NCBI GenBank assembly: GCA_001642005.1
Contig: LWCA01000039.1
Coordinates: 4,600 to 68,599 of the forward strand
Length of the DNA: 64,000 nucleotides
Source of the DNA: Intoshia linei
Lineage: Eukaryota; Animalia; Orthonectida
Direction: 5' to 3'
Made by a program: the position numbers and the translations under genes
In this document: one piece after another, positions 39,146 to 59,224 of the stretch
Numbering within the stretch: position 1 is the stretch's first letter
Layout: each line of letters opens with the position of its first letter
The notes under the pieces: model-generated
The model's database searches: none
What the model was told of the DNA's origin: nothing
What the model saw: only the letters and a program-made list of their open reading frames with translations

Positions 39146-41151
39146 ATGAGTTGGTATTTTATCTTAAACTGTACATTTAAATTATAAATCTAGTTTGACA
39201 CAAGATACTCATTTAGAAAAATATACTTATCATGCAAAATTTATCGAATTGGGATTAATAACAGAACACAATATTAACCAAATCAAACTTATAAATCAGA
39301 CAATTTTCCCCATTAAATATGGTGAATCTTTTTACAAAAAATGTACAATATCTAGCGATCTTTGTAAATGTGGTAATTTTATAAATTATTATGTAGTACC
39401 AATAGGTTTAATTCAGGGGTCTTCAACGGATGTTTGAGGTTTTGTGTGCGATATAATAAACCATTCAAATATTTTTATTTTTAAGTCACGCTATTTTATT
39501 CAGTCATATTATTCAATTATGTACATTTTATATATATGTAGAAGTTTCAATATGTTTTGATATATTTGTATCGAAATACTATTTAAAAATACGGGTCTGC
39601 AGGATAAGAATTTACCATAACCATACATAACATTACAAACATACCAGAAATAATTCAAAATTTTAATTTATATTATTAATTACATCAATATTGTGCTGAA
39701 AAAGTTAAAAAATTGTTTTATATATTATACCATGAAGCGCTTTTTAAAATAATGAAATTTGCGAAAAATGAGTAACAGATCTGCTTGACTTATGATAATT
39801 TCGAAAACTTTATGCCTAAAAATTACTATCTATAGTTTTGATTATAGAAATAAATACTTTATACCCGCCATTAAATATCAATAGAGTTTAAAAAATAAAA
39901 TTGTCAACCGGTGAAAATAGTGCTTATCTGGCGTACGATTTTAAAAGATTAATTCAACCCCAATATGTAAAGATACAGCCTCGTATATTCGTATTGATTG
40001 AGTGTGTAATGATTTCATTATTGGATGCATATCTTTCAACTGATATGGGGTTTACATTGAAGATTATTATATCAGTGTTGACTTAAAATAGGTGAAGACC
40101 GTAGGTTAATTGAATGATTAATCAATATTTTTGTTTATAATTATAATTATAATTATTTAGCCTTTTATAAAGGATTAATTGTCGGCAATGTTTGCTGTAA
40201 AATCATATCTGTCGGTGGTATTTCTTGTTTGTACATCATGACCTTGGGATGTCTTCCCTCTTATCGGTGTGTTGGAATAGGTATTTTTTAATGTTAATGT
40301 AGACTAGTATTTCTCAAATTTTGAGATTTTTTTCCATTTGTAAATGAAATCATAATTTGACTTTTGAATTGATTTATTATAAGATTTTAGGTGGTTAATT
40401 AGCAAATTTAGTTATTTTAATTGGAAAAAACATTTATCAAAATTATAATGCTAATTTTTAAATTAGCTAAAATGTCATATAAGGTGGGTTATTTGGGAAA
40501 CAAAGCGTAAATGATTATTTTTCTCGTGGTGTTATGAAATTGTTAATGTGTCGTCAACGAGAATAGGTTGAGAAGCACTGATCTAAAAATTCAATCTAAA
40601 AGTAGTCAGATCTCACGATAAAGATATGACCAAGTCCTTGCAATTGTAGTGAACTTTTTGAAGTGAAACCCTAAAAATTTTAAATTTTTTAAAAAAAGAC
40701 AAAACATTTAAAAATTATTGAAAATATGGGGCGAGCAGAGAAAATTTTAAAAGACCCACAGGTTAAGAATGGATGTCGATTTCGTTATTATTCAAATTTT
40801 ACATATTTGCTAGGACCCTTCATTTGGTCAATGAAACAAATGACCCACTTTTCGAAATGTTGGTATAAATCATTATATATGTATTTTAGGATCAAAAATG
40901 TTGGAATATGTACATCAATTGGCTAAAGATAAAAATATACGACTGATTCAATTGTAATTTTTAGTATTTAATTCTACTGAAATAATCAAATTGACTAAAC
41001 TATTTTAAACTTTAGACATGTTCACACTGTGAATAATGACGCTGTGCAATTTTACAAGAAACGAAATTACACCATATCGGCTACCGTTGAAAACTACTAT
41101 TGTTTACTAGAGCCAAAATCTGCTTTTATATTGGAAAAAATGTTGGATTAA
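39146..41151 (+). CDS. NAA50: N-alpha-acetyltransferase 50 (NatE catalytic subunit)
   Basis: Exons 39146-39153, 39194-39372, 40162-40281, 40890-40953 and 41016-41151 (approximate). Motifs IELGLITEHNINQIKLINQTIFPIKY, IVGNVCC, LYIMTLGCLPSYRCVGIGSKML, LHVHTVNNDAVQFY and NYY..LEPKSAFILEK. Confidence 0.92.
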
Positions 41152-42564
41152 TAAAATTGTACCATGTACATTTTTATATTAAATAATTACCCACATTCTA
41201 AATTACTTGAGTGGTATCTAAACTTGTGTTTGCCATACCCTTATATAATAATATATAGGATATATACAAATAAATAGGTAGTATATTTGCGTTCTTAAAT
41301 TTTTCGATTTAATATGAAATGTCCCTTATATATGAAGAAATATGTTTGAAACTACACTAATTAATACAAATACAAACAGTACAAATCCTATTTAACATGT
41401 AAGTTTAATGATTACATTTGAATGAATTTATGAATATTAAAATTAGGAAATTGTCAAGACTATTTAAATTAGAGGTGTCCATTTAATTTTACTCAGTATT
41501 ACTTATTTTTACACAGATTGTAATAAAATTGTCAACTTTTACACTAATAATTAAAACTGCTCAAAATAACAATATTTTCTAATTTTTTATCATTTACTTG
41601 AGCATATATTTTTTTCCATTATGTATTGAAGTTTAAATTATTATATACGTAATTTAATAATTTCCAATGTAATTGAAATTTCTGAGTTAAGACTATTAAC
41701 TAATACCTTTAAATGTATATAAATCAGTTATGATTCCGAGAATAGATTTTCTGGTGTTTACACCTTATTTATTTTGTAATATTGGTTGGTTCTGCAGTAT
41801 TTTATTCTTAACTGGGGTTGGTAGGGACCAATTTTATCTTTTAAATTTATGCATATATTTCATTTTAACTGCTTTATAATAATCTATTCATTTCCATGTT
41901 AAATTAATTATATCTGACATTTATTCCAGTATATTTTGAGTTGATTAGTTAGTCAGGTGGTTCCCAAACTTTATCCACCATGGACATTGTCACAAAAAAA
42001 TGTGTGGACCACATAATTTTTAAAAAAATCCCTTTAATCCTGAACACGTCATTAAGGTAATATTTACATTTTATATTATTATATTATATATTATTTATAT
42101 TTTTTCTTAAATCGAAAATTTAACATTAGTTTCAAACATAATTATGGTGAACTACCATATCCGAGACCCTTCTACCGCTGGATCTCAACGAAATTTTTTT
42201 AGGATGAGGCTTTAATTTACTAAATTAAGAATTAAAATTTTTACCGATCTCTAGGTATACAAAAACCACATTACACCATTGAATGCATTATTAATGATGT
42301 ATTTTATCATTCATTTGAATTACAATTTTTAGTGTCAGTAACGCAGTGTTCGGCAGACTTTTTTTCAGTGCCCTTAAAAATGTACATAATCTATAATTAT
42401 TTAGGATCAATCTTAAAATTTTTATTAGAAAATCGAAAATGTTTAATATTTGACTTACTTTGTACTTAGATGTCAAATAAAATTCGGATACAATTTAAGA
42501 ATAAAATTAAGGTTAACACTTAATTTATAGATTATATTATAATGTAATTAGTAAATGACATCTT

Positions 42565-45500
42565 TCAAGCTTTAGTAACTTGAAAATAAAACGGAGAAGT
42601 TGTGATTCCAATATCATTTTTACCCATTGCTATTTTCGCGTATCCATTAGCTCCCCAATGTGTAGACCAAGAATTTTTTAAAATCCAAAAAGGAATATCA
42701 TTTTCATGTCCATAACCGACAAGTAAAACACTGTGATCCAAATCACTTGGAGACGTTTTACAAGCCGTAGTATTAAGAATACCAGTTGTATATAAACCAA
42801 ACTCATCACAACTAGCATCGATGCTTATAGTGATTGGGCCATATTTAAGTAAAGCCAGTTTTAATGCAGTGTCATTCCTTTGAGAAATATATCCGCAATT
42901 TACAATTTTTACGGCTTTATTTGAATTTTTACACTTTGCATCAACTCCAATGTATCTTCCATATTGTATATCTGTTGACAGTCCTCCATTTTCTTTCATG
43001 TAGGAACATGCATAATTTTCTAAGCCTCCGTGGCAACCATTGTTTCCCTTATCCCATGAACAATCCACTAAAATATACTACATGTATTACATTTTTAATT
43101 ACAATTATAATTGTTGTTGAAAAATCATAAACAACCTTTCTACAACAACGTCTGAACCCTCATTTCATGGAACCATTTACAGTATCTTAGATAGTTAATT
43201 ATCTTTACATTTTTTAACGCATCGACCGCGTAGTAATGCGTTTTACTAAATTGTTCCAAAAAAAGTTAAAATTGGATTTTTTAAAAATTTAAATTTTCTA
43301 ATCCATATTAAAATTCTGTAATTATGCACCAAAAATATATTCGAAATTCAAATACAACGTAGTTAAATATTTGTATTTTATGTTTAAGGTTTATGTTTAT
43401 GTTATGTTTAATATTTGTTGGTGAAAAATAATTTTTAATATATTATCAACCAATATTTCGATTAAAATCAAAAATGGAAATGTGATATTGAAATATCACT
43501 TAAACCTGAGCCTTAAGTTGAATTTGAAAACTCGAATTCTCAAGGGGAAAATAACACAGTTGGCAACCCTGATTAATTATCAAAATTTTTAAGTAGAATT
43601 ATATGAAGTTATTATCTACAGTAATACATTTTTGTAGCCCTACTTTAATGGGTTCGTAGAAGTAATTTGAACCATAATAGATTTAATTTTTAATGTTAAA
43701 ATTAGATATATCCGGCTTCGGCAGAGCTAGGTGCTGTTTGTACAAAGTACAAAACAGCCAAGCTAGTTAATTATAAATTTAATTCCAATTTATTTCAATA
43801 TAACAATTTGAAAGAATGTGTATTTTAATTATAATTCGTGGAAAATTAAATTTATTAGAAATTTAGCATCTTAAAATGTTATTCATCAAATTTAATATGT
43901 ATGAGATTGTTTTACGCTGATTTAATAATTCAATTAAAAAAATTTTTTTAGGATCTATTTTTAATTAAAAATCTAAAAAATTAATCTCTAATCTTATAAC
44001 ATAACAAAATTATAACATTCTCATGAAAATATTTAAAAAAAGTACTAAAAATTTAGGGTGATAAAGTTTTAAAATTACAAAATAAATAAAAAGTGTTTGT
44101 ATAAAACTTCAAATTTAAGTTAAATTCAGCAAAATATAAATGTTTCCATGATAAAATTTAAAATTATTGAGTTATTATTATATGAGTTGTTAATAACTTA
44201 TTAATTGTGACATTTTTGGAGTGGCAAATTTAAATGTATACTCATTGAATTTATGAAATTGGAATCGTTGTTATAGAACTGATCCATGGAGTAATTTTCT
44301 GGCAACTCTGAGCAGCGTATTCGTTCAAAAGATCGTAAATCAAATGATCGTAGATTATCATTAATAGTGCGTCACACAATTTCACACGTTAAAACTATTA
44401 AAATTGGGCATTGCGTAGCAAACAAGTTATAATGTAAATTTGGTCTATTTAATAATTATAAATCATAAACCCAGGGATCCATATGAAACACTTTGCTGTC
44501 CTGATCTAACTAAAAATTTAACAAAATTTTTTCTTGTTTATTCTTTTACTGTTTTTTAAATTAAATCTCATTGTGCAACTAAATTGCTAATTAGTAAAAT
44601 TGATAAAATATACAACAATTCCGCGAAACGCCACCCAGGTGACTTGTAAATCGGAATAGAAAATTGTAAATTAAATTGATTACCCAATTCTTGCTCCGAC
44701 AGTATTATTCGTTGAGTCTGATTCAGAAAGTAGGACCCTTCCATTGCACCAGTCGTACCAAAGCTCCAACAAGAACCGCAAATGGATTGATCTTTAATAG
44801 GACTTACAGCATCATAGCTACGCCAATCAAATTGTTCGAGATTTAGAATTTCCTCAATTTCTTCACGAGAACACATTCTTATTAAATAAGGATTCAAACT
44901 ATTGTATGAAATGTCTGTAAGATGTACATTTCCAGTGCTAGAGTCATATAGTGACTTAAAAACATGATTTGGTGTATGCAATCGACAGCCTTTTCTAGAA
45001 TGATTGGATTCGTTTAATAAATTTTCACATTCCTTTTTAACACTATCAAATATCTTCATACTCAACGTATCAACTTTATAGAAAGAAGTGTAAACGTATT
45101 GGTAAAAATCATAATGACTATTTTCCAAAATGTTCCGACCTTGCATTTCTAACGCTTTAATTAAATAGTCTTTAGATTTCAATTTTTTCATGTATAATGT
45201 GTATGTGTTGTTACGTCCCATTTCATTTTTTATATAAACAAATTTTTCCACATTACCGTATAGTGGATGCGATAAAATCTTTTCTAATGTAAATAATTTT
45301 AAATTTGGAACTGTAGTGTATATTATTACCGATCCTTCTTTGAAACACCTTTTTCTATCTTTACCCATTACAATACTCATGGATTTCCCATTATAATATA
45401 ATTTTTGAATCAACCCATCATAAAAACTGACCAAACTGTAATCGTTTCCAATATGGTATTCTTTAAACCTTTGAATTATTTCGGCTCCAGGTATTGAAAT

Positions 45501-45656
45501 GTAACCACTTGTAACAAATGTATACTTTTTGTTTGATATTCCGTATGAGAAAAAGGGTCTACTGGGATGTTTGTTAGATATCCATGTGTCCTTGTATACA
45601 AAACATTGAATGTATTGTAATGTACCAATTATTAATAACAATTTTACCGATATCAT
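42565..45656 (-). CDS. Papain-family (C1A) cysteine protease of the 26/29-kDa proteinase / CfaD type
   Basis: Signal-peptide-like MISVKLLLIIGTLQYIQC at 45656 and an N-terminal 26-kDa domain (EMQGRNILENSHYDFY). Exon 1 (45656-44684) joins exon 2 (43067-42565) as SEQELVDCSW. Catalytic motifs KDQSICGSCWSF, LDH and KNSWSTHWG are intact. Confidence 0.9.
43400..43766 (+). mobile_element. Non-autonomous Helitron 3' portion
   Basis: cggcagagctagg, hairpin gctgtttgtac-aaa-gtacaaaacagc, then CTAG followed by T. The 43420-43470 block matches 15100-15160. Confidence 0.65.
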
Positions 45657-46133
45657 TTCGTTAAAATGTTTTAATGGAAAAGATGAAACGATTCCTTGAT
45701 CAATATTGATATTATGAATGTAATTACACAGATGTGTTCTGCATATTTTAGAAACCTGGAATACAACATACACTTTATGTAAGTACACTGTGGCCGTTGC
45801 ATGTGATCATAATGTAATATATCAATTTACTTCAAATGTAAATATTTACATCATATTTTATTCAAGGGAAATTTAAAATAATTTTAATCAAAGTTACATT
45901 TTTGACCTTGCCCCAGTTTCCCAAATTGAATTTAATCTTTCGAATTGTCAAAATTTCAAGTTTTTCATAAGATACAAAATTTACATTATTATTTGTGTGT
46001 AATTAAAGCATGTTGAAATGTTGGCATCTTTATTGTGCAATGAAATTACGAAAATACAAAATTAATAAAAACACCCATTAACCATCATAAAAAATATACT
46101 TACACAGATACCTTTGAATAATATAAAAATGTT

Positions 46134-49100
46134 TTATTTACGTTGAAGTAGTTTACTATACAATCGTTTAATCCTAATTTCCAGCATCTCCAAACCTTCC
46201 TTACATGACGTATATTCATTCTTTAAAGACCTGCTCTGTTTGGTATTTTTTTCAACTTGATAAAAAGGACCATCCCCAGAATCGTCACCAAACTTATCGC
46301 AATAAGCAACAAAAAAGTTGTAATAAATTTTGGCATCTTTTAATTTTTTAATTTGTTCAGACATAGTAAAATAAATACGCTTAAGCGTCACAATTCCAAT
46401 ATGAAAATAGGCCAATAAATTTAGCCTCTCCTCGTCAGCCTGAAATCTTTCAAAAGTTTCAAAGTTAACATTCTGTTCCTTTACATTAGAAATACCAATA
46501 AATTTTATAAAGTACTCTTCACATAACACGGAATAATTGTTAATTTTATTAGATAAAATGATTTGATACTTTGTCAATTTTTCTGGATCAAAATCATGGG
46601 AATCAAACCCATCATCTTGAGCACAATTTTGAAAAATTTTAAACTTTGCAAGGGTCGAATCCGTCAAAATTTCACCCAATTCGTAATATAATTCTCTCTT
46701 CAAGTTTAAAAAATATTGAGAATTTAAAACATCAACATAATCTACATACAATTGAATTCGCCTTTGATTAAATTTACATTTGTGTATCGGATCAAATTTT
46801 AGTGCGGTAAATTTATAACATTTGCTCATCAATTGGTCCACCTCAATATAATACTGACAAAAATCATGCATTGTGTAAAATTTTTGAATCATAGTTTTTA
46901 GATGAACACAAGAAGTAAACAACATTTTAATATCAATTAAAATCTCTTCCTTGTCATTTGATTCTAAATGTTTGTATATTTTAGCTAATGGCAGAATATT
47001 CTTAAAATTTTCAATCGATTCGTCATTCTTAAAACTTGGAAACAGGCATTCATCTAAAATGTATATATATTGTAAATAAAATGTAATCTAAACCTTTCAT
47101 GTCGATGGGTATAAACTCGCACATGTACTGCATAAAGTTTGTTAGCAAGACAAGGAACCCCTTTTTAATATTTGCATTTAAAGTCTGGTATTTTTCGTCA
47201 AATTCAGATTGGATTATAATTTCTTTGTGTTTTTCAAGTATAGAACGAGAGATACAGAGACATTCCAATGTACACGAAAAATTATCATTTGAAGAATAAA
47301 AATTGGACAGTTGAGCACAATTTAAACTCCATTCATAATAATTAAAAGTTTTGTTGTTATTTTTATTATTCCATGAATAATTTAAATTTTTTACGCAATA
47401 TTCTGCCGATTTATCAAATTGATCGGTTCTTTCATAACAATATGCAGCAATTTCCAGTATATTAGAATATGCCAATTCAATCATATCCAATTCTGTGAAA
47501 TTTGAAATGTTCATTTGATTTTTAGGATCACATGTTTTGTTTTTTTCATTTCGATACTCATTGGCAATTTTAGATGGTTCTTCAAATAATATGTAGTTTA
47601 TTTCTGCTTCAGTGATTAAATTTTTCACGTTATTATTTTTCAAACATTCTTTATAATCTTTGTACATTTCTATCTAAAGGATAATACAAATAAAAAAAGT
47701 TTGTAGCACTGAATCAAGGTACGAATTGCTCAAAGTGAAACTTACCATTAGGTGTGTTCCATCGTTTTATATGCAAGTTATAGAACAGGAAAAGATGGCA
47801 AATTATTCAAAAAAATTTTATCAATTTGAAATTTTTGCAGGCTGTTTAAATTTCACAAATCATACACAAACAGTTTCTAGAAAAACTAAAATATAACTAT
47901 TTAACAGAATATTGATGTATTTATGATTTTCAAAAAAAAAAACAATTAGGGTTTTTGACCCGTAAGATGTGAGTTTCAGAGGTTGAAATTAAACTTGCCA
48001 ACGCCCCCGGACAAAACTGAAAATTGAAATGTAGACTTTATAAAATTCTAGGATTGGTAGTTATTTAAATAAAACTGAACACACACACACAAACAAAAAT
48101 CGCGTTGCATATTGTATAAGTTAGGATTTTTCTGTTTATTCATATTCAGTTGTACACATTGCTTCATAAAATTAAAATTTTGGTTTTATCATAAATTAAT
48201 AATTAATATTAAGTTATGCATAACTTTATTCTAAAGCAGTTCAAATTAATTTTATACGTCAATGATTGACGGTCAATCTTTATCAAATTTTCAAAATAAA
48301 CTTTTTTTCATATGGTTATAGACTTATAGTCAAGAAAATATCTATTTTTATGAGAAAGGTATTATATTAACTTATTATTTAAAATCACAATCAATAAAAA
48401 CAAACGACATACAAAAAATTTAATTTTAAGAAGCAAGATGTACATTAAGGTGTTACATTTTTTTTTTAAATTTTTAGAATTTAATGGGCGGTTAGTAATC
48501 AATGTGTGTATTTTAAGAAGCATTATGTCGCAATTAAAAATATCTAATGATACTTATCCGAGTTGCGCTCATCATTTACAAAAGAATATTTAAAATGATG
48601 AGCGCAACTCGAATCGACATCTTTGAAATACCCCATTCTAGATTATTTTATATATCATGATAATACACAATTTCCGCACTAACCGCCCTTAATTCTTTGA
48701 TGGGTGTGACACCCTGATGTACATTGTACAACTGAACATGGATAATCATAAAAATTGGCATATCATACATACAACCTCTAAAAACATCACATTAAAGTTA
48801 TATTTGAATTTTTCTAGAAACTTTTTGTATAAGATTATTGAAATTTAAATCGTCTGCACTAAAATAAATTAAAAAACATATTTTCTTCAGTATAGCCATG
48901 AAACAATCTTACCCGTTTTGACAGTGCTTGAACTAAAAAAAGTACTAAAAATAACATTTACCATGCTCCAGATCAAAAAATCACTAAACAATAAAAATCC
49001 ACAATTTAGTAATAAAACCAACCTATAAACTATATTATAAGTAGAGCAACCCGAAAATTGCAAGAAAGCGACAAAAAAGTTTAATTGATAACGAAAAAAG

Positions 49101-49844
49101 TTACCAAAAGTTGCTAAAATTTAAATGAAAAAATTGACATGAACCCTAAAAACCACAATGAACAATAAAATATTAATACACTTATGTACTTAAAAAAATA
49201 AATCTATCAATCTATAAATATAATGATAGTATTCTCTACACAATTCGCCAATGGTCTACTTTCATATTTTTCAAAAAATTTTATTTTAAAATAGAAGGGC
49301 CAAGGCATGAATATTGGAAATGGTTATATGTCGCTAAAATATTAAAATCATAAAAGCGCACCACTGACCAACTACAATGTAGACAATATTGTATATGAAA
49401 ATAATAACATACAATCAAATCTTTTTTTTGGATAGCTTTTTGGAATTGACATCTCAATTTGTGAACATGAGCCAAAAAATGTGCACAACAAATACTAAAA
49501 AACTTGCATAGTCCAGATTCAATATTGAAAGATATTTGATTAATAAATTTGTCCATTTTACAGAGATATTCATAAGCTTCAGCATACATACCACTCTCAG
49601 TTAATATTACACTGAGGTGATAAAAAATAATGGTCAATCTAATGACATGATCACCATATGACATTTCAGACTCTGACGACAAAAAAGATTCTGGATCACT
49701 AGATTCGCTTTGATTTATCCAATTTTGAATCTTTTCAATTAACTTATAATATACTTTCATGGCCTCATCGTTGGAATTTTTTTCTTCTGACCATTCATAA
49801 TACAACCCCTTTCGATAGTCTACTAAAAAATCATTCCTTTTCAT
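46134..49844 (-). CDS. KIFBP: KIF-binding protein (kinesin-binding protein, KBP)
   Basis: Exons 49844-49413, 47673-47094 and 47053-46134. KBP_C-like motifs FDKSAEYC..YEWSLNCAQLSNFY, YIEVDQLMSKCYK..CKFNQRRIQL..LNSQYFLNLKRELYYELGEI..KINNYS and YNFFVAYCD..EYTSCKEGLEML. Confidence 0.85.
47920..48126 (-). mobile_element. Helitron 5' end (inverted copy of 14518-14720)
   Basis: Reverse complement reads A|TCCTAACTTATACAATATGC..(gt)n..ataactacca..tagaattttataaa..atttcaacctc..aaactcacatcttacg, matching 14518-14710. Confidence 0.7.
48446..48716. mobile_element. Fold-back MITE with hATm-like ends
   Basis: Ends taaggtgttaca / tgtgacaccctg and a perfect 8-bp TSD atgtacat. Nested inverted pairs gggcggttagt / actaaccgccc and gagttgcgctcatcattt / aaatgatgagcgcaactc. 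Confidence 0.8.
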
Positions 49845-50482
49845 GTTGTGAATATGAATACTTGGTAACTATTACTTATATATATAAACATTTCCAAATT
49901 AAAAAAGGTGCAATAAATATTAACTTTAATTAACTCTATTCATGACAACTTTGAAAATTTAAAAATATGTAAATGACGTACATTATTTGATAATTATTAA
50001 TTAAACGTGTTTAATATGATTTAAATACAAATCATGAAATGAGTAGTACTCATTGAGTACCTACTCGTTTGAATTACTTTTTAAGTATAGAATCTATTTT
50101 TAGAAATTGAGTATAATTGGTGAATCCGGTCACGCTAGATAAATTTAACAAAACTTACGACAATTGTGTAAATTACAAGATAAGATTCGAGTTTAAAATA
50201 TTTTAATTTATCTTAATTTTTTCCTCCACTGACCAAAACACAGAATCACTTGACGATTTAACCAGTTTAGTAAACAAAATCGTTATAGAGTTTATCGTCA
50301 TGTTTTGTTTATTGAATCTAAATTTCCAACTTTATTTGCTAAGTTGCAAATTTTTAACTATAAAAAATTACTCCACATTGCTTAAATAAACTTTAATTTA
50401 CTAGTTATTGATCACTGTTTTATTTCAAAGCCGTAATTTTACATTTTTATGCAATTTGTTAAAATATATTTTTTACTTAGAA
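49845..50482. promoter_or_regulatory. Putative bidirectional promoter between KIFBP and kinesin-13
   Basis: 638 bp separate the divergent start codons. The function is inferred from position only. Confidence 0.45.
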
Positions 50483-56671
<6,189 letters not shown>

Positions 56672-57167
56672 TAATTTTTGTTACTTTTAAAATCAAAATT
56701 TTTAAAAGTTGATTTATCACAGTTTCATATTCATACACCTTCACATTATAAACTACAGTAGATTTTCTATACACCAAATAATCATTTTTTATGATACATT
56801 AATGAATGACTATGTTTGTAACCATTTATTTAAGAATATACGAGGCGTACAGTTAAAACACCAATTTCTAGTAGTTTTTCGAGGTGGGATTTTATCGCAC
56901 ATTTGATTTTTAGAAATTCAGTTCTTCAGGTCAAAAACTTCAAAAAATTATTTCTTCAAGGCAGTTTTTGACAGTGAACTACTTGTAAAATTAAAATTTG
57001 AGATACCATCATAAGCTACGAAGCATCAATGTGATGATCACACGTTAGTAGGTTAACATTGATCTGTATAAATTAATTAAACTGTTAATCACCGAAAATC
57101 CTCCGCCCAAAAACACGTTTAAAATAAAATATTATTTATTTATCAAAATTTTGTATATTAATGTATA

Positions 57168-58320
57168 CAGTGGTTGCCAAAATGATAAAGCCACTCTTAA
57201 TTTCGCTATAATTAACTGAATAACATTCATAATTACTCAAAATTTTACAAAGTGATAATATAATACATTTTTATATTAATTAGCTGTTAAAATTTATATT
57301 TTCACAATTAAATTCAAAAAACTAAGCGACAAAGTGATAAAGCCAGAATACAAAACAATTAAATGAATACATAATTTAATAATTAATACTACATCCATTC
57401 GATTTTATTATGTCTATACACCGTTTTGACATCGAATTTGAAAGATTCTTCAAAATTATTGACTCAATTGACTCCCAGACGTTAATTATTTCTGCCTTCA
57501 GTTGCGATTTAGACGAAAACTGTCTTATCTCGCTATCTTTCCTGTAAATACGCCTTACCATGATGCCCCACATATTTTCAATGTGGTTAAGATCTGGACT
57601 ACATGATGGCCATTCGAGGATTGGTATTTTATGCTCATTCATGAACAATTTTGTCGATTTTGAACAGTGTATTGAAGCACTATCTTGTTGAAATGTAATT
57701 CCAGGGCCAAATATATTACTTCTTGAGTCAATTAAATACTTTTTTTATCACATTTTGATACTTGTGACTAGCCTGCTTTCCTTCAAGAAAAGTCAACGTC
57801 AACTTTCCTGTAACAGAAAACCCTCCCCATACCATGACAGAACCACTTCCAGCTTGTCACTTAAAAAAGAATTCTGATTCTTGTCTTATATTATGCCAGT
57901 AGCAGTGAATTCCATCTGGACCATCTAAGTTGAATTTCTTTTCATCACTTCAAATAATTTTGAACCAATCCGTCGATTCTAATATTTTTTTTTCAGCGAA
58001 AAGCATTCAACTTTTTTTGTGTATTTTTAATAATCTAGGTATTGTTTTAATTCTGGAAAATAAAAATAAATTGGAATGTTCGAAATTGGAGTGTTCTTTG
58101 AATGGAGCGAATAGATTTAGCATTATTTATTTTAATAGATGTCTGAGTTGCAGTACATTTTTCGCGTGTAGCAAGTCCCAAAAGCTTTTTTTATCTCGTG
58201 GTGATATACATTTAGGCTTCCCACTTGATTTCTTTTTACCGTATCCTTCGGAATCTATACAATAATTTCTAACTACATCTTTGGATCGGCCAATAATAAT
58301 ACCAATTTTTCTTTCCTCTT
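57168..58320 (-). mobile_element. Tc1/Tc3-like (DD34E) transposon, pseudogenised and 5'-truncated
   Basis: TA|cagtggttgccaaaatgataaagcc end, with an inner repeat of the same motif at ~57331. Transposase motifs IGRSKDVVRNY, SDEKKFNLDGPDG, VMVWGGFS, FQQD and WPSCSPDLNHIENMWG (D-34-E), with stops and frameshifts. Confidence 0.88.
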
Positions 58321-59224
58321 GTTTTTGCCTTGGAAATTAAAAAAGTAGTTATTTTTGATAGCCCGGGTATTGTTGGTTTTAGGAGTAAAGTGGATTCAAG
58401 GTGTTCGTTAGAGAAAACGTTTATTGCTTTTTGGGAGGCAATGATGAAATGTCCCTAATCAAATTGTTTTTCGTTAATCTGTCATGTTTCCATGTCAGTG
58501 ATCCCGGCACAACGAGGGTCCAATTACGTAATCAAGGAGAACCCTAAATTTTGCCATTGAATTTTCCAACTTGTTGTCATTATTCGATAGGTCATTCATA
58601 AACCGAATAGGGATAAAGGCTTTTACTAGTTTTTTGATTTTATCTTTGTCTAATTTGGTAAGAACAACTATTTCCTGGTTAACATTGAATGTGATCTAAC
58701 ATGCCTTAGGGAACAGGACTCTGTATTTGTTTACCACATTATTGCTGTTGTGACACAAACTGATTAATTCGTCATTAAAATTCTCAGAAGTAAAGTTAGC
58801 ACGTGGTTGGGCGGTCATTGCCTCTAATACGAGGATGGTAATCATGATAACATCTCTTATGAACTTTGTCCTTGTTGATATTCTTAAGATATCAAATATA
58901 TTATCTATATTAAAAAGTGTGTCGATCATGCAGAAAATCTGATCTATTTTATCATTTGATAAAGAAATTCTATACATGCATGTATATTCTGAATGAACAA
59001 ATCAGTAAACATAAATGACAAGTTGTACAATAATAGTTATTTACATGTCTAGTGCAGAATTTTCACTTTCCATACGAGTTTGTTGAAATGTACGAACCCG
59101 AATGGTAAGTTCTAATATTTTAGAAGAAGTAATTTAGAATTAAAAAATAATTTTTATAATAAAAATTATTTCGGGCCGTATGTTGCCCATCCCTGATATA
59201 AACTAATAAAATGTGACTGCTAAT

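Noticed and set aside
44568-45788. 406-aa ORF as a complete gene
   Set aside because: It overruns the donor at 44683 and starts upstream of the signal-peptide Met at 45656. It is exon 1 of the cathepsin.
59053-59105. Possible terminal exon of kinesin-13
   Set aside because: It has AG/GT boundaries but no similarity to kinesin-13 C-termini, so it cannot be supported.
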